DNA of 64,000 nt from Candidatus Latescibacterota bacterium (GTDB lineage Bacteria; Latescibacterota; UBA2968; GCA-2709665): contig OZ242180.1 of the NCBI GenBank assembly GCA_965205485.1, forward strand, positions 1,120,001 through 1,184,000, given 5' to 3'. Made by a program: the position numbers and the translations under genes. Numbering within the stretch: position 1 is the stretch's first letter; each line of letters opens with the position of its first letter. Positions 11,101 through 20,500 of this stretch are shown here, in pieces. Under the pieces are notes generated by a model, which did no database searches, was not told where the DNA came from, and saw nothing but the letters and a program-made list of their open reading frames with translations.

Positions 11101-11194
11101 GTGGCCCGGCGCGCCCGACGACCTGCCGTTGATCTACGATCTGGGTCCGGGGGACGCGTGTGCGGTTCGGCCGATGGTGTTTGAGGCGCTTTGA
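8138..11194 (+). CDS. Heparinase II/III-like (polysaccharide lyase-like) protein
   Basis: Helical N-terminal region with YLITGD..Y, then GHAHRDRL and SHVTVVVN motifs; ATG 8138 after AAAGGA RBS; no signal peptide seen. Confidence 0.7.
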   Translation: MKTGRTLHTDDDVRRMKDHVERYPAARKIADEIVDRAEAWAKLDDAYVRDLPPPADIFRGFLPSFDGCPVHGEAVFQAPGGPWQVDIFNRPWKIRCAVGGEEYPSNDFMAYYRTGDRTLLTGDYADDGLGWNPGDGRSRFWFVAHYCYSLWHRLIPALQDLGRAYLITGDARYGRKGAILLDRMATLFPTMDHASQSWYGLNYQVGYTGRFLYAVQESFNIGLYAEAYDNLFPALQSRSDVHEFLNKEPEALIRHVEDNLVRQSVRDIWEGKIRGNYGLHQASAVKALVAIYDDAFTDWAIGKLETFTGCGPTTAVWAYGVEGWDHALDNFLFRDGVSFEVAIGYSAGCWTRYMLDTDLVLKRLGKRRLPGEHVRSLGSWSRRLACWGGMMPSIADTGAGVTYPMLDASSLQRFYRGYGWPEYARALLNEGVTDESGFRSYDDLFEAPLTRAELERAAGDLPQWPETSDNLGGTGFVILRSGRAENQLAAVLQYGHANAGHAHRDRLNLEVIAGNKRVVPDTGYPTHAAEHPDPPAWEKNTASHVTVVVNESRQDTADEGRLERFGAVPHVQHVELSAPRAYLDTDVYRRGVTLLDLAPDLQVLVDLFHVRGGWAHDYSFHGFDGAFSTSGMAFQAQEGGTLAGPAVPFRKLYDDPELERHASLPGLPGTDGKRSYHSYRGSGFSYLYDVKRGRPAGEFRADWRDEEMGLRMIVPEGVAQEVITAHGKPPSKPGAAEHLDYVLLRNRAGRLQEALNSLFAVVCEAYRKHPKLTGVRRLGLVEDEDAIGLEISWQGGKCYLLNALLDEARSIFEDGLELDGGFGVLTLGANDRPLWACLAGRRLKSDGVEVEGPGTWRGRIAGIDAENCRVTVTSETGEAPPAGETLMVSNPPHVCNFPIKSVEASDDGWQCSLDAERLHIGRFVVEAETEDGLLTRTWIHREWEDTEDSGCHYLKGARLAYRKRLHTIERVIPREEGGHRFVLRDPIPWPGAPDDLPLIYDLGPGDACAVRPMVFEAL

Positions 11195-11276
11195 GTGAAG
11201 CGGACGGGCGGAGACTCGAACCCGTTGTAATGTTCAATCGAGACGATACGCGAAAATGAGCTAAGGAGGGAAGCAT

Positions 11277-12311
11277 ATGAAGCAGCGCGCAGGTGTGATC
11301 GGCCTTGGCATTATGGGCAACAGCGTGACGCAGGTCCTGCACCGGAACCCGCTGGTTGAGCTGGCAGCATTCTGTACGCTGGACGCGGAAAAGCTGGGCA
11401 GGGCGCAGGACGAGTTTTCGGTTTCCGCCGGGTATGTGAACTATCACGAGATGCTGGAGAATGAGACGCTGGACATCGTCTATATCGCCACGCCTGACTG
11501 GGCGCACCGGGACCCGGTCATCGCATGCCTGGAGGCGGGTTGTCACGTACACGTCGAGAAGCCGATGACAACCGACCTCGAAGAGGCCACCGAGATCGTG
11601 GAGGCCGTGAAACGCACCGGTCTGAAGCTCCAGGTCTCGTACAATCACCGGTGGCTGGCGCCGTACAACGCCACCTGGAACATGATCCGTGACGGGGAAA
11701 TCGGCAGACCGCTGATGGGCTACGCGCGCAAGAACAACCCCATATCCGTGCCGACCGAGATGTTGCCATGGTCCGCGAAGTCTTCGCCGGCCTGGTTCCT
11801 GTCGGCGCACGATATCGACCTGATATGCTGGTGGTTCGATCAGAGTCCCGTCGAGGTCCACGGCTACGGGATCAAGAAGGTGCTGGCCGCCAGGGGAATC
11901 GATACGTACGACATGATGCAGGGGCTCGTGAAGTTCGACGGCGGTTCCGTCGCCACGTTCGAGTCGGCCTGGATCTACCCCAATACCCATCCGTCGATGC
12001 CGGACTCCTTCATGCAGGTGATCGGTGAAAAGGGCCACGTTAATCTGGACCGGAAGGCCGAGGCGATCGAAATGAGTACGGAGGAGAAATTCAAGTGGCC
12101 GCGGTCGTTGCTGAACTACCGGGTGTTCGACAAGTGGGTAGGGGCGTTTCCGTCGTGCGTGAACAGCTTTGTCGACGCCGTGATCGAGGATCGGGCCCCG
12201 TTTGTGACGGCACTGGACGGGTGGCGCGCCACGGCCGTGCTGGACGCCTGGCACCAGTCCATCGAGAACGGCGGCATCGTGCGCGTTGCGGATGCCCCGG
12301 AGTGGCCGTAG
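11277..12311 (+). CDS. Gfo/Idh/MocA family oxidoreductase
   Basis: GVIGLGIMG, ATPDWAH, HVEKPM, AHDIDL; AAGGAGG RBS. Confidence 0.9.
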   Translation: MKQRAGVIGLGIMGNSVTQVLHRNPLVELAAFCTLDAEKLGRAQDEFSVSAGYVNYHEMLENETLDIVYIATPDWAHRDPVIACLEAGCHVHVEKPMTTDLEEATEIVEAVKRTGLKLQVSYNHRWLAPYNATWNMIRDGEIGRPLMGYARKNNPISVPTEMLPWSAKSSPAWFLSAHDIDLICWWFDQSPVEVHGYGIKKVLAARGIDTYDMMQGLVKFDGGSVATFESAWIYPNTHPSMPDSFMQVIGEKGHVNLDRKAEAIEMSTEEKFKWPRSLLNYRVFDKWVGAFPSCVNSFVDAVIEDRAPFVTALDGWRATAVLDAWHQSIENGGIVRVADAPEWP

Positions 12312-12313
12312 AT

Positions 12314-12476
12314 AGCAGTCCGTTGGAAGCGTCGCTCTGGAGGCGAGGCCGAGTCATCGTGGCCGGAGACAAGGCGGCGACCGTGTCGAATCTTGGGATT
12401 CTGGAAGGGAGTGCAACGCAGTCATGCGGCCACAAGGGCCGGACGCAGCCCGGATAGACTCTTTCAAAGGGCTGCT
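12314..12476. mobile_element. MITE-like fold-back element
   Basis: Terminal inverted repeat AGCAGTCCGTTGGAAG / CTTTCAAAGGGCTGCT (13/16); inner GTGGCCG/CGGCCAC stem; CAAGGCG...CAACGCAG core. Confidence 0.6.
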
Positions 12477-12493
12477 TGACCGAGGACGACTTA

Positions 12494-13342
12494 ATGACAG
12501 GTGGAGAGAAACGGATCGGGTTTGTGGATGACAATCTGGAGAACTTCCACGCCAACGTCTACCTGAAACTGCTCCGGAACGAACTGAAGCATCGGGGTTT
12601 CGTGGTGGCGGGGTGTACGGGGTTGCGTCCGAGAGCCGGCAGGAAGTGGGCCGAGGCGAACGGCGTTGCCTGGTTCTCCAACGCGGACGGGTTGAACGAG
12701 GCGGTGGACTGTTTCATGGTACTGGCGCCCTCCACCCCGGAGACGCACCTCGAGCTGTGCGAACAGGTATTTCCTTTCGGAAAACCCACGTACGTGGACA
12801 AGACCTTTGCCCCGGACCTGCGCACGGCCAGACGGATCTTCGCGCTCGCCGACAGGCATCGGGTGCCCATGCAGACAAGCTCAGCGCTGCGCTATACCGA
12901 AGTGCAGGGCTACGTGGAAGCCGTCGGGAACAGGCAGGTCCGGCACATGGTCACCTGGGGCGGCGGCAGGTCATTCGGAGAATACGCGATCCATCCCCTT
13001 GAACTGGCCGTCAGCTGTATGGGTCCCGGTGTGCGCCGGCTGATGCGCCGCGGGGCGGGAAAACAGTCTCAACTGCTGCTGGATTATACGGGAGGACGGA
13101 CCGCGGTCGTGAACGTTTATACGGGATCGAGTACACCCTATGCGGCTTCGGTGACCACTGCCCAGGCGACGCGGTACTTCCAGGTCGACTCCGGCCGCAT
13201 CTTTCTGAACACCGCGGATGCCGTGCTGGACCTGTTCGAATCCGGAGAACCAGGCATCGACAGGAAGGAAAGCCTGATCATCCGCAGGATTCTGGACGTG
13301 GCCGGTCAGAAGCGGGTATTGTCGGGATTCGTGAATGTGTAA
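12494..13342 (+). CDS. Oxidoreductase, Gfo/Idh/MocA-like
   Basis: KPTYVDKTFA, SSALRY, YAIHPLE; ATG 12494 after GAGGA. Confidence 0.7.
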   Translation: MTGGEKRIGFVDDNLENFHANVYLKLLRNELKHRGFVVAGCTGLRPRAGRKWAEANGVAWFSNADGLNEAVDCFMVLAPSTPETHLELCEQVFPFGKPTYVDKTFAPDLRTARRIFALADRHRVPMQTSSALRYTEVQGYVEAVGNRQVRHMVTWGGGRSFGEYAIHPLELAVSCMGPGVRRLMRRGAGKQSQLLLDYTGGRTAVVNVYTGSSTPYAASVTTAQATRYFQVDSGRIFLNTADAVLDLFESGEPGIDRKESLIIRRILDVAGQKRVLSGFVNV

Positions 13343-13346
13343 TTGA

Positions 13347-13455
13347 GACCTACCCCCTGACCCCCTTCCTGAAGGAAGGGGGAAACTTTCACCACTTGTA
13401 GACACTTCGTTCTGCTCCCCCGTTCCTTTAGGAAGGGGGCCGGGGGGGAGAGGTC
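13347..13455. repeat. Bipartite inverted palindromic repeat
   Basis: GACCTACCCCCTGACCCCCTTCCTGAAGGAAGGGGG ... CCCCCGTTCCTTTAGGAAGGGGGCCGGGGGGAGAGGTC. Confidence 0.7.
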
Positions 13456-13549
13456 CCGCAGCCATCACGAATCGATATCGCCAGGCCGTATCGTAGACCA
13501 GGTTTGGCTGATTGCTGACGGCTGATAGCTGACAGCTTCCATCGCTTCT

Positions 13550-16264
13550 TCACTCCTTCGCCACATACGCCACGCTCTTCAGCAACGTGACGGTGTCGCA
13601 TTCTGTGGCGGGGTAATCCCGAACCGTGATGGATTCTTCGGTGGCGTCCTCGATTTCGTACCCGGTATCGCCGCACAGGAGACAGGTGCCCGGAAGGGTA
13701 TCGGGATCGGGCACAGCGTTCCGCAGGTGGTAGGTGCGATCGGTGACGCGGGCGACTTCAAGGGAGACCTCTTCCCGGTCGATGGTCAGCCCATGCCCGT
13801 TGCAGCGGAGTTCGGTGCCGCAAAGCAGATACGCGCGGAGCAGACGGCCGTCGTCATCGACGGACGCAAAGGCGAACCGGCCCGATACGGACAGCGGTCC
13901 GATGTCGTGGACACCGCCGTCCGGCGCGGAGTAGACGTAGTCCGTACATCCCTCGCGACAGACGGCGACCGCCATCGCGCCGGTGTCCGCATCGTCCAGC
14001 ACGAGTCGGGACGACAGGACGGGCGATCGATTTGTGTAGGGTGAAATCACCGCGGCAAATCCGCTCTTCAGGTGCGTGTCGCCGCGGCGTTCCGCCAGGA
14101 CCTGCTGCACGGGCGGAGCGTTGAGTTCCTCCCCCAGGTCCGAACGCCATCCCGGCGCATCCACCAACAGCAGGCGATGGACGGGGTTGAGCAGGGTGAG
14201 TTCAATTCCCACGCCGTTGTTGTCCCAGGTTGCGGTGAACGGACCCCGGGGTTGGGCTGCGCGGATATTGGACAGCCATTCGATTTGATCGTCGACGGGT
14301 TCCGGGGCGGCGCCGAAAATACCCGTGAGGCGGCCGTTGCTGTGAAAGCCGTACTGGTGAAGAACGCCCCCGGCGACCCGGAACAGGTCGACAGCGTAGG
14401 TCTGATCGCCGGGGACCTGGACCAGCACGCAGGTGCGCCGGTACAGGTCGCACTGCTCGTAAGGCGCGGCGGACGCCTGCACGACTTCAATGCCCGAGCC
14501 CGTTCCGAACAGTTCCAGCGCGGCGGGCTTGTTGTCGCCGGCCTGACTACGGCCGTCCACGGTGACGATGTTGTGTGCAAGCGTGCTGCCGGTCCACGCG
14601 TTTCTGGGGTCGTCCCAGATGTATCCCCTGTCGGCCGCCATCTCCCGGCCATGGGCGACATAGATGATGCCCAGGGTGTCCCGGTGGCGATGGCCGCCGT
14701 ACGCGTAGCCGTTCAGATAAAAAGCGGTATGCCCCCGTGGATTTCCCGCTCGCAGAACGCCGACGTGCCAGCCGGGAAACCATTCCGTACGGTGCGGCAG
14801 GCCGGTCTCGTCGTCCGCTCTCAGATCGGGATCCCGATGCCAGAGGGCGTATTCCTCCCCTTTCTCCGCCAACGGCGCCCCCTGTGAGTTTTCCACCAGA
14901 CCGGCGTAGCGGCTGCCGTAATGGGCGGCGAGCGTCTCGGCGTAGACGGGTTCGATGCTTCGGCCTTCCCTGGAGTCTCCGATAACCGGTTCCTGCAGGT
15001 TCGGGTCCAGCATGCGGACCATGCTTTCCAGCGCCAGACGGTAGCGGTCGAAGTGCCGGAATGGATCCAGGTTCTTCATGGCGGCGCCAGTCCCCGGTTC
15101 GTACCCCTCGGGGTCGGAGTACCCGTCGAGCAGTTCCGGAATCTCTCGCAACTGGTTGAGGTGCATGGCCGAATAGCTCGGCGACTCCGTGCAGAAGCCG
15201 TCGAAATGGAAGGCGTCGTCCATCAGCAACTCGAACCCCTCGACAGCGCGGCGCACGCTTTCCGGCTTATTGAAGAGAATACCCACCGCGGCGCTGAGCG
15301 CCCGCCCGGGACCGCATTTGTTGTTGATGTCATTCCAGTTTTCGGTGTCTGCACACCCCGCCAGGATCAGGTCGTCCACGATGCGCCGGTCCATATCCGG
15401 CGTGATGACGGGTGAACCGTCCGCCTGCCGGGCGCTCCTGACCAGTTCGTAGGCCTGCACGATCGAAAGAAGGTACCAACCGTCGGAACCGCTGCACCCG
15501 AAGCGTCCGGCGCCCCAGAAGCCGTTGTTGAGTACGGCGTGGTCACCCACCCGGTGCCGGCCCTCGAAGGCGGAGATGATGGTTTCTACGGGGAAGCGGC
15601 CCGCGGGGGGATATTTGCCCATGGATTCCGCGACCTCTGCCGGCGGACAGTCCGCAACGGTGCCATCGTAGGAGTGAAACAACCAGTTGGGATACCTCCG
15701 CGCCATACAGTCCATGATCCACGCGCTCATCTGCGCGTACCGGACGTCGCCGGTGAGTGCGTACAGCTTGGCGAGAGGGGATATCTTCTCGAAGCACCAG
15801 CGGCCCTTCTTCGCGCGGATGACGCCGGTCCAGCTTGTATGCACCGGCGTGCGGACCCATTTGAACGCGTGTTCACCCGATCTGTCTTCGGGGTGCGCGC
15901 GTTCCGCCTCGGTAAGATAGAAGGTGAACGTCTGGTTCATCCGGGGCGCGGTAACGCTGCCCGTCTCCGGATAATCGGCGTTGGGGTACTCGGTTCCGCA
16001 GTATTTGCAGACGAGCCGGTCCGGATCGGCCGGGTCCCAATCGTAGATACCGGTTTCGCCCATGGACGAGAGACGGTCCACGCAGACGGGACAGTTCTGG
16101 CCGTACTCCGGCCAGAGGGTGAGTTCGGATATCATCGCCTCGACGAAATCCCGGTCCCGGCTGACGATATAGTCAACCTCTTTCTTCCAGGCTTCGACGA
16201 TGGCCTGCGCCCAGGTGTAGCGCCGCACGTTTTCGCGTGCGCGTTCGACGTTGAGAAGCGGCAT
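13550..16264 (-). CDS. Heparinase II/III-like protein
   Basis: YALTGD..YA, ESPSYS, GHRHRDTL, AHNIVTVDG; paralogous to the 8138 gene. Confidence 0.75.
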   Translation of the reverse strand: MPLLNVERARENVRRYTWAQAIVEAWKKEVDYIVSRDRDFVEAMISELTLWPEYGQNCPVCVDRLSSMGETGIYDWDPADPDRLVCKYCGTEYPNADYPETGSVTAPRMNQTFTFYLTEAERAHPEDRSGEHAFKWVRTPVHTSWTGVIRAKKGRWCFEKISPLAKLYALTGDVRYAQMSAWIMDCMARRYPNWLFHSYDGTVADCPPAEVAESMGKYPPAGRFPVETIISAFEGRHRVGDHAVLNNGFWGAGRFGCSGSDGWYLLSIVQAYELVRSARQADGSPVITPDMDRRIVDDLILAGCADTENWNDINNKCGPGRALSAAVGILFNKPESVRRAVEGFELLMDDAFHFDGFCTESPSYSAMHLNQLREIPELLDGYSDPEGYEPGTGAAMKNLDPFRHFDRYRLALESMVRMLDPNLQEPVIGDSREGRSIEPVYAETLAAHYGSRYAGLVENSQGAPLAEKGEEYALWHRDPDLRADDETGLPHRTEWFPGWHVGVLRAGNPRGHTAFYLNGYAYGGHRHRDTLGIIYVAHGREMAADRGYIWDDPRNAWTGSTLAHNIVTVDGRSQAGDNKPAALELFGTGSGIEVVQASAAPYEQCDLYRRTCVLVQVPGDQTYAVDLFRVAGGVLHQYGFHSNGRLTGIFGAAPEPVDDQIEWLSNIRAAQPRGPFTATWDNNGVGIELTLLNPVHRLLLVDAPGWRSDLGEELNAPPVQQVLAERRGDTHLKSGFAAVISPYTNRSPVLSSRLVLDDADTGAMAVAVCREGCTDYVYSAPDGGVHDIGPLSVSGRFAFASVDDDGRLLRAYLLCGTELRCNGHGLTIDREEVSLEVARVTDRTYHLRNAVPDPDTLPGTCLLCGDTGYEIEDATEESITVRDYPATECDTVTLLKSVAYVAKE

Positions 16265-16321
16265 GGCATCTCCTGTTCCTGCGATTCAGCCCCCACCCTC
16301 CGGCGGGCGGGGACTGCACGA

Positions 16322-17536
16322 CTATTTCTCCATGAACGGACCGTCCTGTTCAATGCGTTCCAGCGTCTCCTGAAACGCTTCCGTGCCGTCGTCTTCCCAC
16401 ACCTCCAGGCGTATGCCCCGGGTATTGCCTTCGGGAAATCCCGTGACCCGGGGCACGTTTGGAAACCCTTTCGTGTAGAGCCTGTTTCCGCCTGGCAGGT
16501 GCAGGATGCCGATTGTGGTTGGGATAACCGTGGGTTCGTTGGCAGCGCATTCGGCCAGCGCGTCTTCGTCGACCTCGACGCCCAGGCCGGGACCCTCCGG
16601 TATGGGAGACGAACCCGCCGCCACCTCGATCCGCTGTTTGACAACGTCCTGGTCGTACTGGTCGTCCAGGTTCGTGCAATGGGCGACATTTGGTATTACG
16701 GCGCCCATGTGCAGGGCCATCGCCTTGGTCAGCGTACCGCCGGTAAGCTGGATGACCGATGAGACATTGGCCAGGGCCGCGGCAAATCCGCGCACGAGGG
16801 TGGGGCCGATTCCGCCTTCGCCGATCATATAGGCGTCGGCGCAGCCCCGTATGATTTCCTGCCCGCCGCCGAGTTGCGGCACGTGCATCAGGAGCGGGAA
16901 GCTGGTCTTCTGCCGCAACAGGCGCCACCCTTCCACGTCGGAAAGAACGAGGGGGTCCTCGATCATCCCCACCACGGGCGAGTCTTCCAGTACCTTCAGG
17001 ATTCGCAAGACGGCTGCAAGCGGCCGGTTGTGATTGAAGTCGTAGTGCATCTTGAATCCCGGCGGCGCCACGTCCTCCACGGCCCGGGTCTGTTCAAGGA
17101 CGTCGTAATGGGCGCAGGTGTGGATCTTGAAGATCATGTATCCTTCCCCGACGGCCCGCTGGACGTCTTTGGCCAGGTCTTCCGGCGACGCGGGCCGGGT
17201 CCACGCCGCCACGGGCACCCGGTCGCGAATCCTCTGACCCATGAGTTTATACGCCGGAATCTCCAGATGCTTGCCCATGACGTCGTACAGGGCCCCCATC
17301 ATGCCCGAATTCAGATTGGCGTTGATGTAGTCGAAGGGATCGCGCCCGATAACGTGCTCGACGGTGGACAGGTCGGGCGCCTCACAGCGCGCATCGCCGT
17401 ACCCGACGATGCCGTTGTCCGTCGTTATCTTGAAAATGGTACGGTGGTTCAGGTTGATGAAACGGGTCTTCTGATCGGCATTCCGTGCCGCGATTTTCGG
17501 GTAGATCGGGATGATGTCGACGTCGGTGATCTTCAT
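16322..17536 (-). CDS. Mandelate racemase/muconate lactonizing enzyme family (enolase superfamily)
   Basis: ITTDNGIVGYGD, ALYDVMGK..IPAYKLMG, IEDP, PEGPGLGVEVD. Confidence 0.85.
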   Translation of the reverse strand: MKITDVDIIPIYPKIAARNADQKTRFINLNHRTIFKITTDNGIVGYGDARCEAPDLSTVEHVIGRDPFDYINANLNSGMMGALYDVMGKHLEIPAYKLMGQRIRDRVPVAAWTRPASPEDLAKDVQRAVGEGYMIFKIHTCAHYDVLEQTRAVEDVAPPGFKMHYDFNHNRPLAAVLRILKVLEDSPVVGMIEDPLVLSDVEGWRLLRQKTSFPLLMHVPQLGGGQEIIRGCADAYMIGEGGIGPTLVRGFAAALANVSSVIQLTGGTLTKAMALHMGAVIPNVAHCTNLDDQYDQDVVKQRIEVAAGSSPIPEGPGLGVEVDEDALAECAANEPTVIPTTIGILHLPGGNRLYTKGFPNVPRVTGFPEGNTRGIRLEVWEDDGTEAFQETLERIEQDGPFMEK

Positions 17537-17590
17537 GGTGATTTCCTTTAGTGTGGGGATGACCGGCGGGACGTGAACTTAAAACTGAGC

Positions 17591-20500
17591 TTACTTCGCG
17601 ATACAACTGATGACGTGCAGAAAGCCGTCCTCCGAACAGGCCACGATTTCCGGGATGCCGTCACCGTCGACGTCCGCGGGGACGATGTCAATGACAGGTC
17701 CGCCGGCCTGAAACCGGCCGACGGGACGTCCGTCCGCGTTGGCCAGGAGGTACACGGTCCCATCCTCCACGCCCGCTGCGATTTCGAGCTTCCCGTCGCC
17801 ATTGAAATCCGCGGCGGCGATGCAGCGGACGACTTCGCCGAGGTCGGTTCGCCAGTGCAGCGTCCTGCCGTCGCCCCTGACGACGTAGACGTTGAAGCTC
17901 ATGGACGAGGCGACGATTTCATCCACGCCGTCTCCGTCCATATCGGTCATCAGGACGCGGGTGACTTCGTCTCCGGTATTGAATCGCGAGAGCAGGACCC
18001 CCTCCGCGTTGAGGAGGTGGATGTGGGTGTCGGCGCCGGCGAAGGCGACTTCCTTCAGCCCGTCTCCGTCGACGTCGCCTGCCGCGGCGCTGTTGGCGCG
18101 GGGCCCCGTTGCGGGATGATAGGACCACCTGATATCGCCGTTTCCGTCGATGCAGTGCCAGCGGTGGTAGTCCGTTCCGGCGATGACCTCGTCCCGGCCG
18201 TCGCCGTCCAGGTCCGCGGCGCAGCCTGTGGAGGAGGGGCGGACGGTCATCTGGTGCCAGAGTTCCTTCCCGTCGTGGCTGAAGGCGTAGTAGCGCCAGG
18301 ATTCCACGGCGGCGATGACCTCCAGGCGTCCGTCGCCGTCGATGTCGCCGGTGAAGACGGAGCGCACGACGGGTTCCTGGAAGTAGAAGGGGATTTTGAA
18401 GTCCCACTCGAGGTCGCCCGTGGCGTCGAGAACATATACGTGTTCGTCTTCCGAACCGGCGATAACTTCGGGCCGGCCGTCGTTTTCAAGGTCCGCGGCG
18501 CAGACGGAACGCACGGCGCCGCCCGTGGGATACCGCCAGAGCGGGCTTCCGTCCTTGTATGCGTGGATGGCCCCGGTGCGGCCGCCCGCGATGACTTCAT
18601 CCCTGCCGTCGCCGTCCAGGTCCGCGGCCTGCAGGGACAGCAGGGCGTTGTCCTCCCGGTGAGACCAGAGCGAGGAAAGGTCCGGAATACGGCCCATCCC
18701 GCGCGGGGTCCGGAAGCGGGGCACGAAAACTGTTGTGGTCTTTCCGGCCGTGGCGCGGCGGATTCCCGCGAGGGCGGGAGGGATCAGCGCGACGTCGTGC
18801 CTGCCCCCGTGCACACGGAACGTGACGGCGCCGCCGGAGACGTCGGCGTCTGTCGGCCGACCGTCCACTTCGACCTCTGTACTGTTTCCGGCGGACAGTG
18901 TGATTTCCGCCGGCCCGGAGGCAACAAGGGTACCCCGAGCCGCAGACAGGTCGTATTCGAGAGACACGGGACGATCGCTCCTGAATACGGTATCTTCCCA
19001 CGACACTTCCGTACCGTCGACAATGGCAAGAGCAAGCGGAGATATCTGAAACTGGGCGGCCGCGACCCGTGGGCCCGAAGGCAGCGCGGTCGCCGTCCGG
19101 GTCTGCCCGACGCCCGCGAAAACGGTTTCCGGACCGCCGTCAATGCGAACGGCGTTCCCGGCGATCTGCGACATTTCAAGCTTCAACGGTCCGCAATAAA
19201 GCAGGTTGAAGAACCGATAGGCCTCCCCTTTTCCCAGGCGCACGTTGGCAATCTGCTGGAGGATGCGCACGATCGGTTCGGCGTGTTCGTATCGTTCCCA
19301 GTTTTTGCCGGTAACCGGATCGTCCTCGAGCCTGAGTCCGGGCCCCGGCAGGCCGTGGATGAAGAATCGCTCGCCATTTTGCTCGACCGCCAGGCCGCCC
19401 TTGCTGAGCTTCACGTCGCCCAGGGTCTGCCAGACGGCGCGGAAACTGTATTCCGCTTCTCCCAGGGCTTCCATCTCGTCGATGACCAGGAAGAAGGCCC
19501 CACGGTTCCAGAGGATGTTGCGGCGCCAGTCCACGCCGCTGTAGGAACGCAGGGTCGTCTGTGAGAACCCGGTATCCCGGTTGGCGGCAAATCGCTCGAG
19601 TTCCACGAAGGGAGGGATTTCGGCGGATTGTCCGTCCTTGAAGATGAGGACGCCGTTGTGGAATTTGGGCAGCGACTTGATGTAGTCGCAGTCGGCCAGC
19701 CAGATGCGGTTGTTCTGGGTGAGGCGGCAGATCGAATTGCCGTCGTAATGCTTGTGACCGCCGTTGGACAGGCCGTCGAGGAACAGGTACTGGTTTTCGG
19801 GCGCGAACCCGTCCCGGAAGACGACCTTGTCGAAGGTCCTGTCCAAAGGCAGGTGGTCGCTGCCGTTCGTTGAATCGTAATAACTGGGGTCCACGGGGTA
19901 GACCTGCGCCCCCTCCAGGTCCGCGGGCTCAACGGGTTCCACGTCGCGGCTGTGTTCGTACGGGTGGGACCGCGGCGCCATGGCTTTCTTCTTGTCGAGC
20001 ATCCACTGGTAGCGGCCGTCTCCGGTCACGCAGACCATGGCGCGCAGATAGGGCACCTCCGTCCACGTGCCGAAGGGTGAGGCCGTGTCTCCGTTGGGCA
20101 CTGCGCAGCCCAGGTTGTCGGTTGTCAGGATGGCGTAGTCGCCGGCGCGCTGCGCATTTCCCGTTTCGAAAAACGTCATGTCGCCCGTGCTGAGCGTGTA
20201 GCGCATCGCGTGGAAATGGGTGCGCCAATGGTAGTGGCCGCAGTCCTCGTACGGCTTGAACGCGTTGACCTGCACCCTGAAGCATTTCTGCGACAGGGCC
20301 AGCCAATCGTAAGCCTGTGTGGCCCTGTAATATTTCTTGAAATAGGCGCCTGCATAGTGGAGGCCCAGCGCGGCGTACGTTGCGTGGTTGTGGCGGACGC
20401 GATCGTTCCCGACGTCTCCCACGTGCGATACGCAATCCGAAATGAACTCAAACAGGATGCGGGTAATCCGCAGACGGTCCTCGTCGGAGACCGCGGCACT

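Noticed and set aside
17573..19564. Long antisense ORFs (also 9365-11074, 28890-30869, 36835-38622, 49749-51254, 62371-63717)
   Set aside because: Shadow frames of well-supported genes, expected in high-GC DNA
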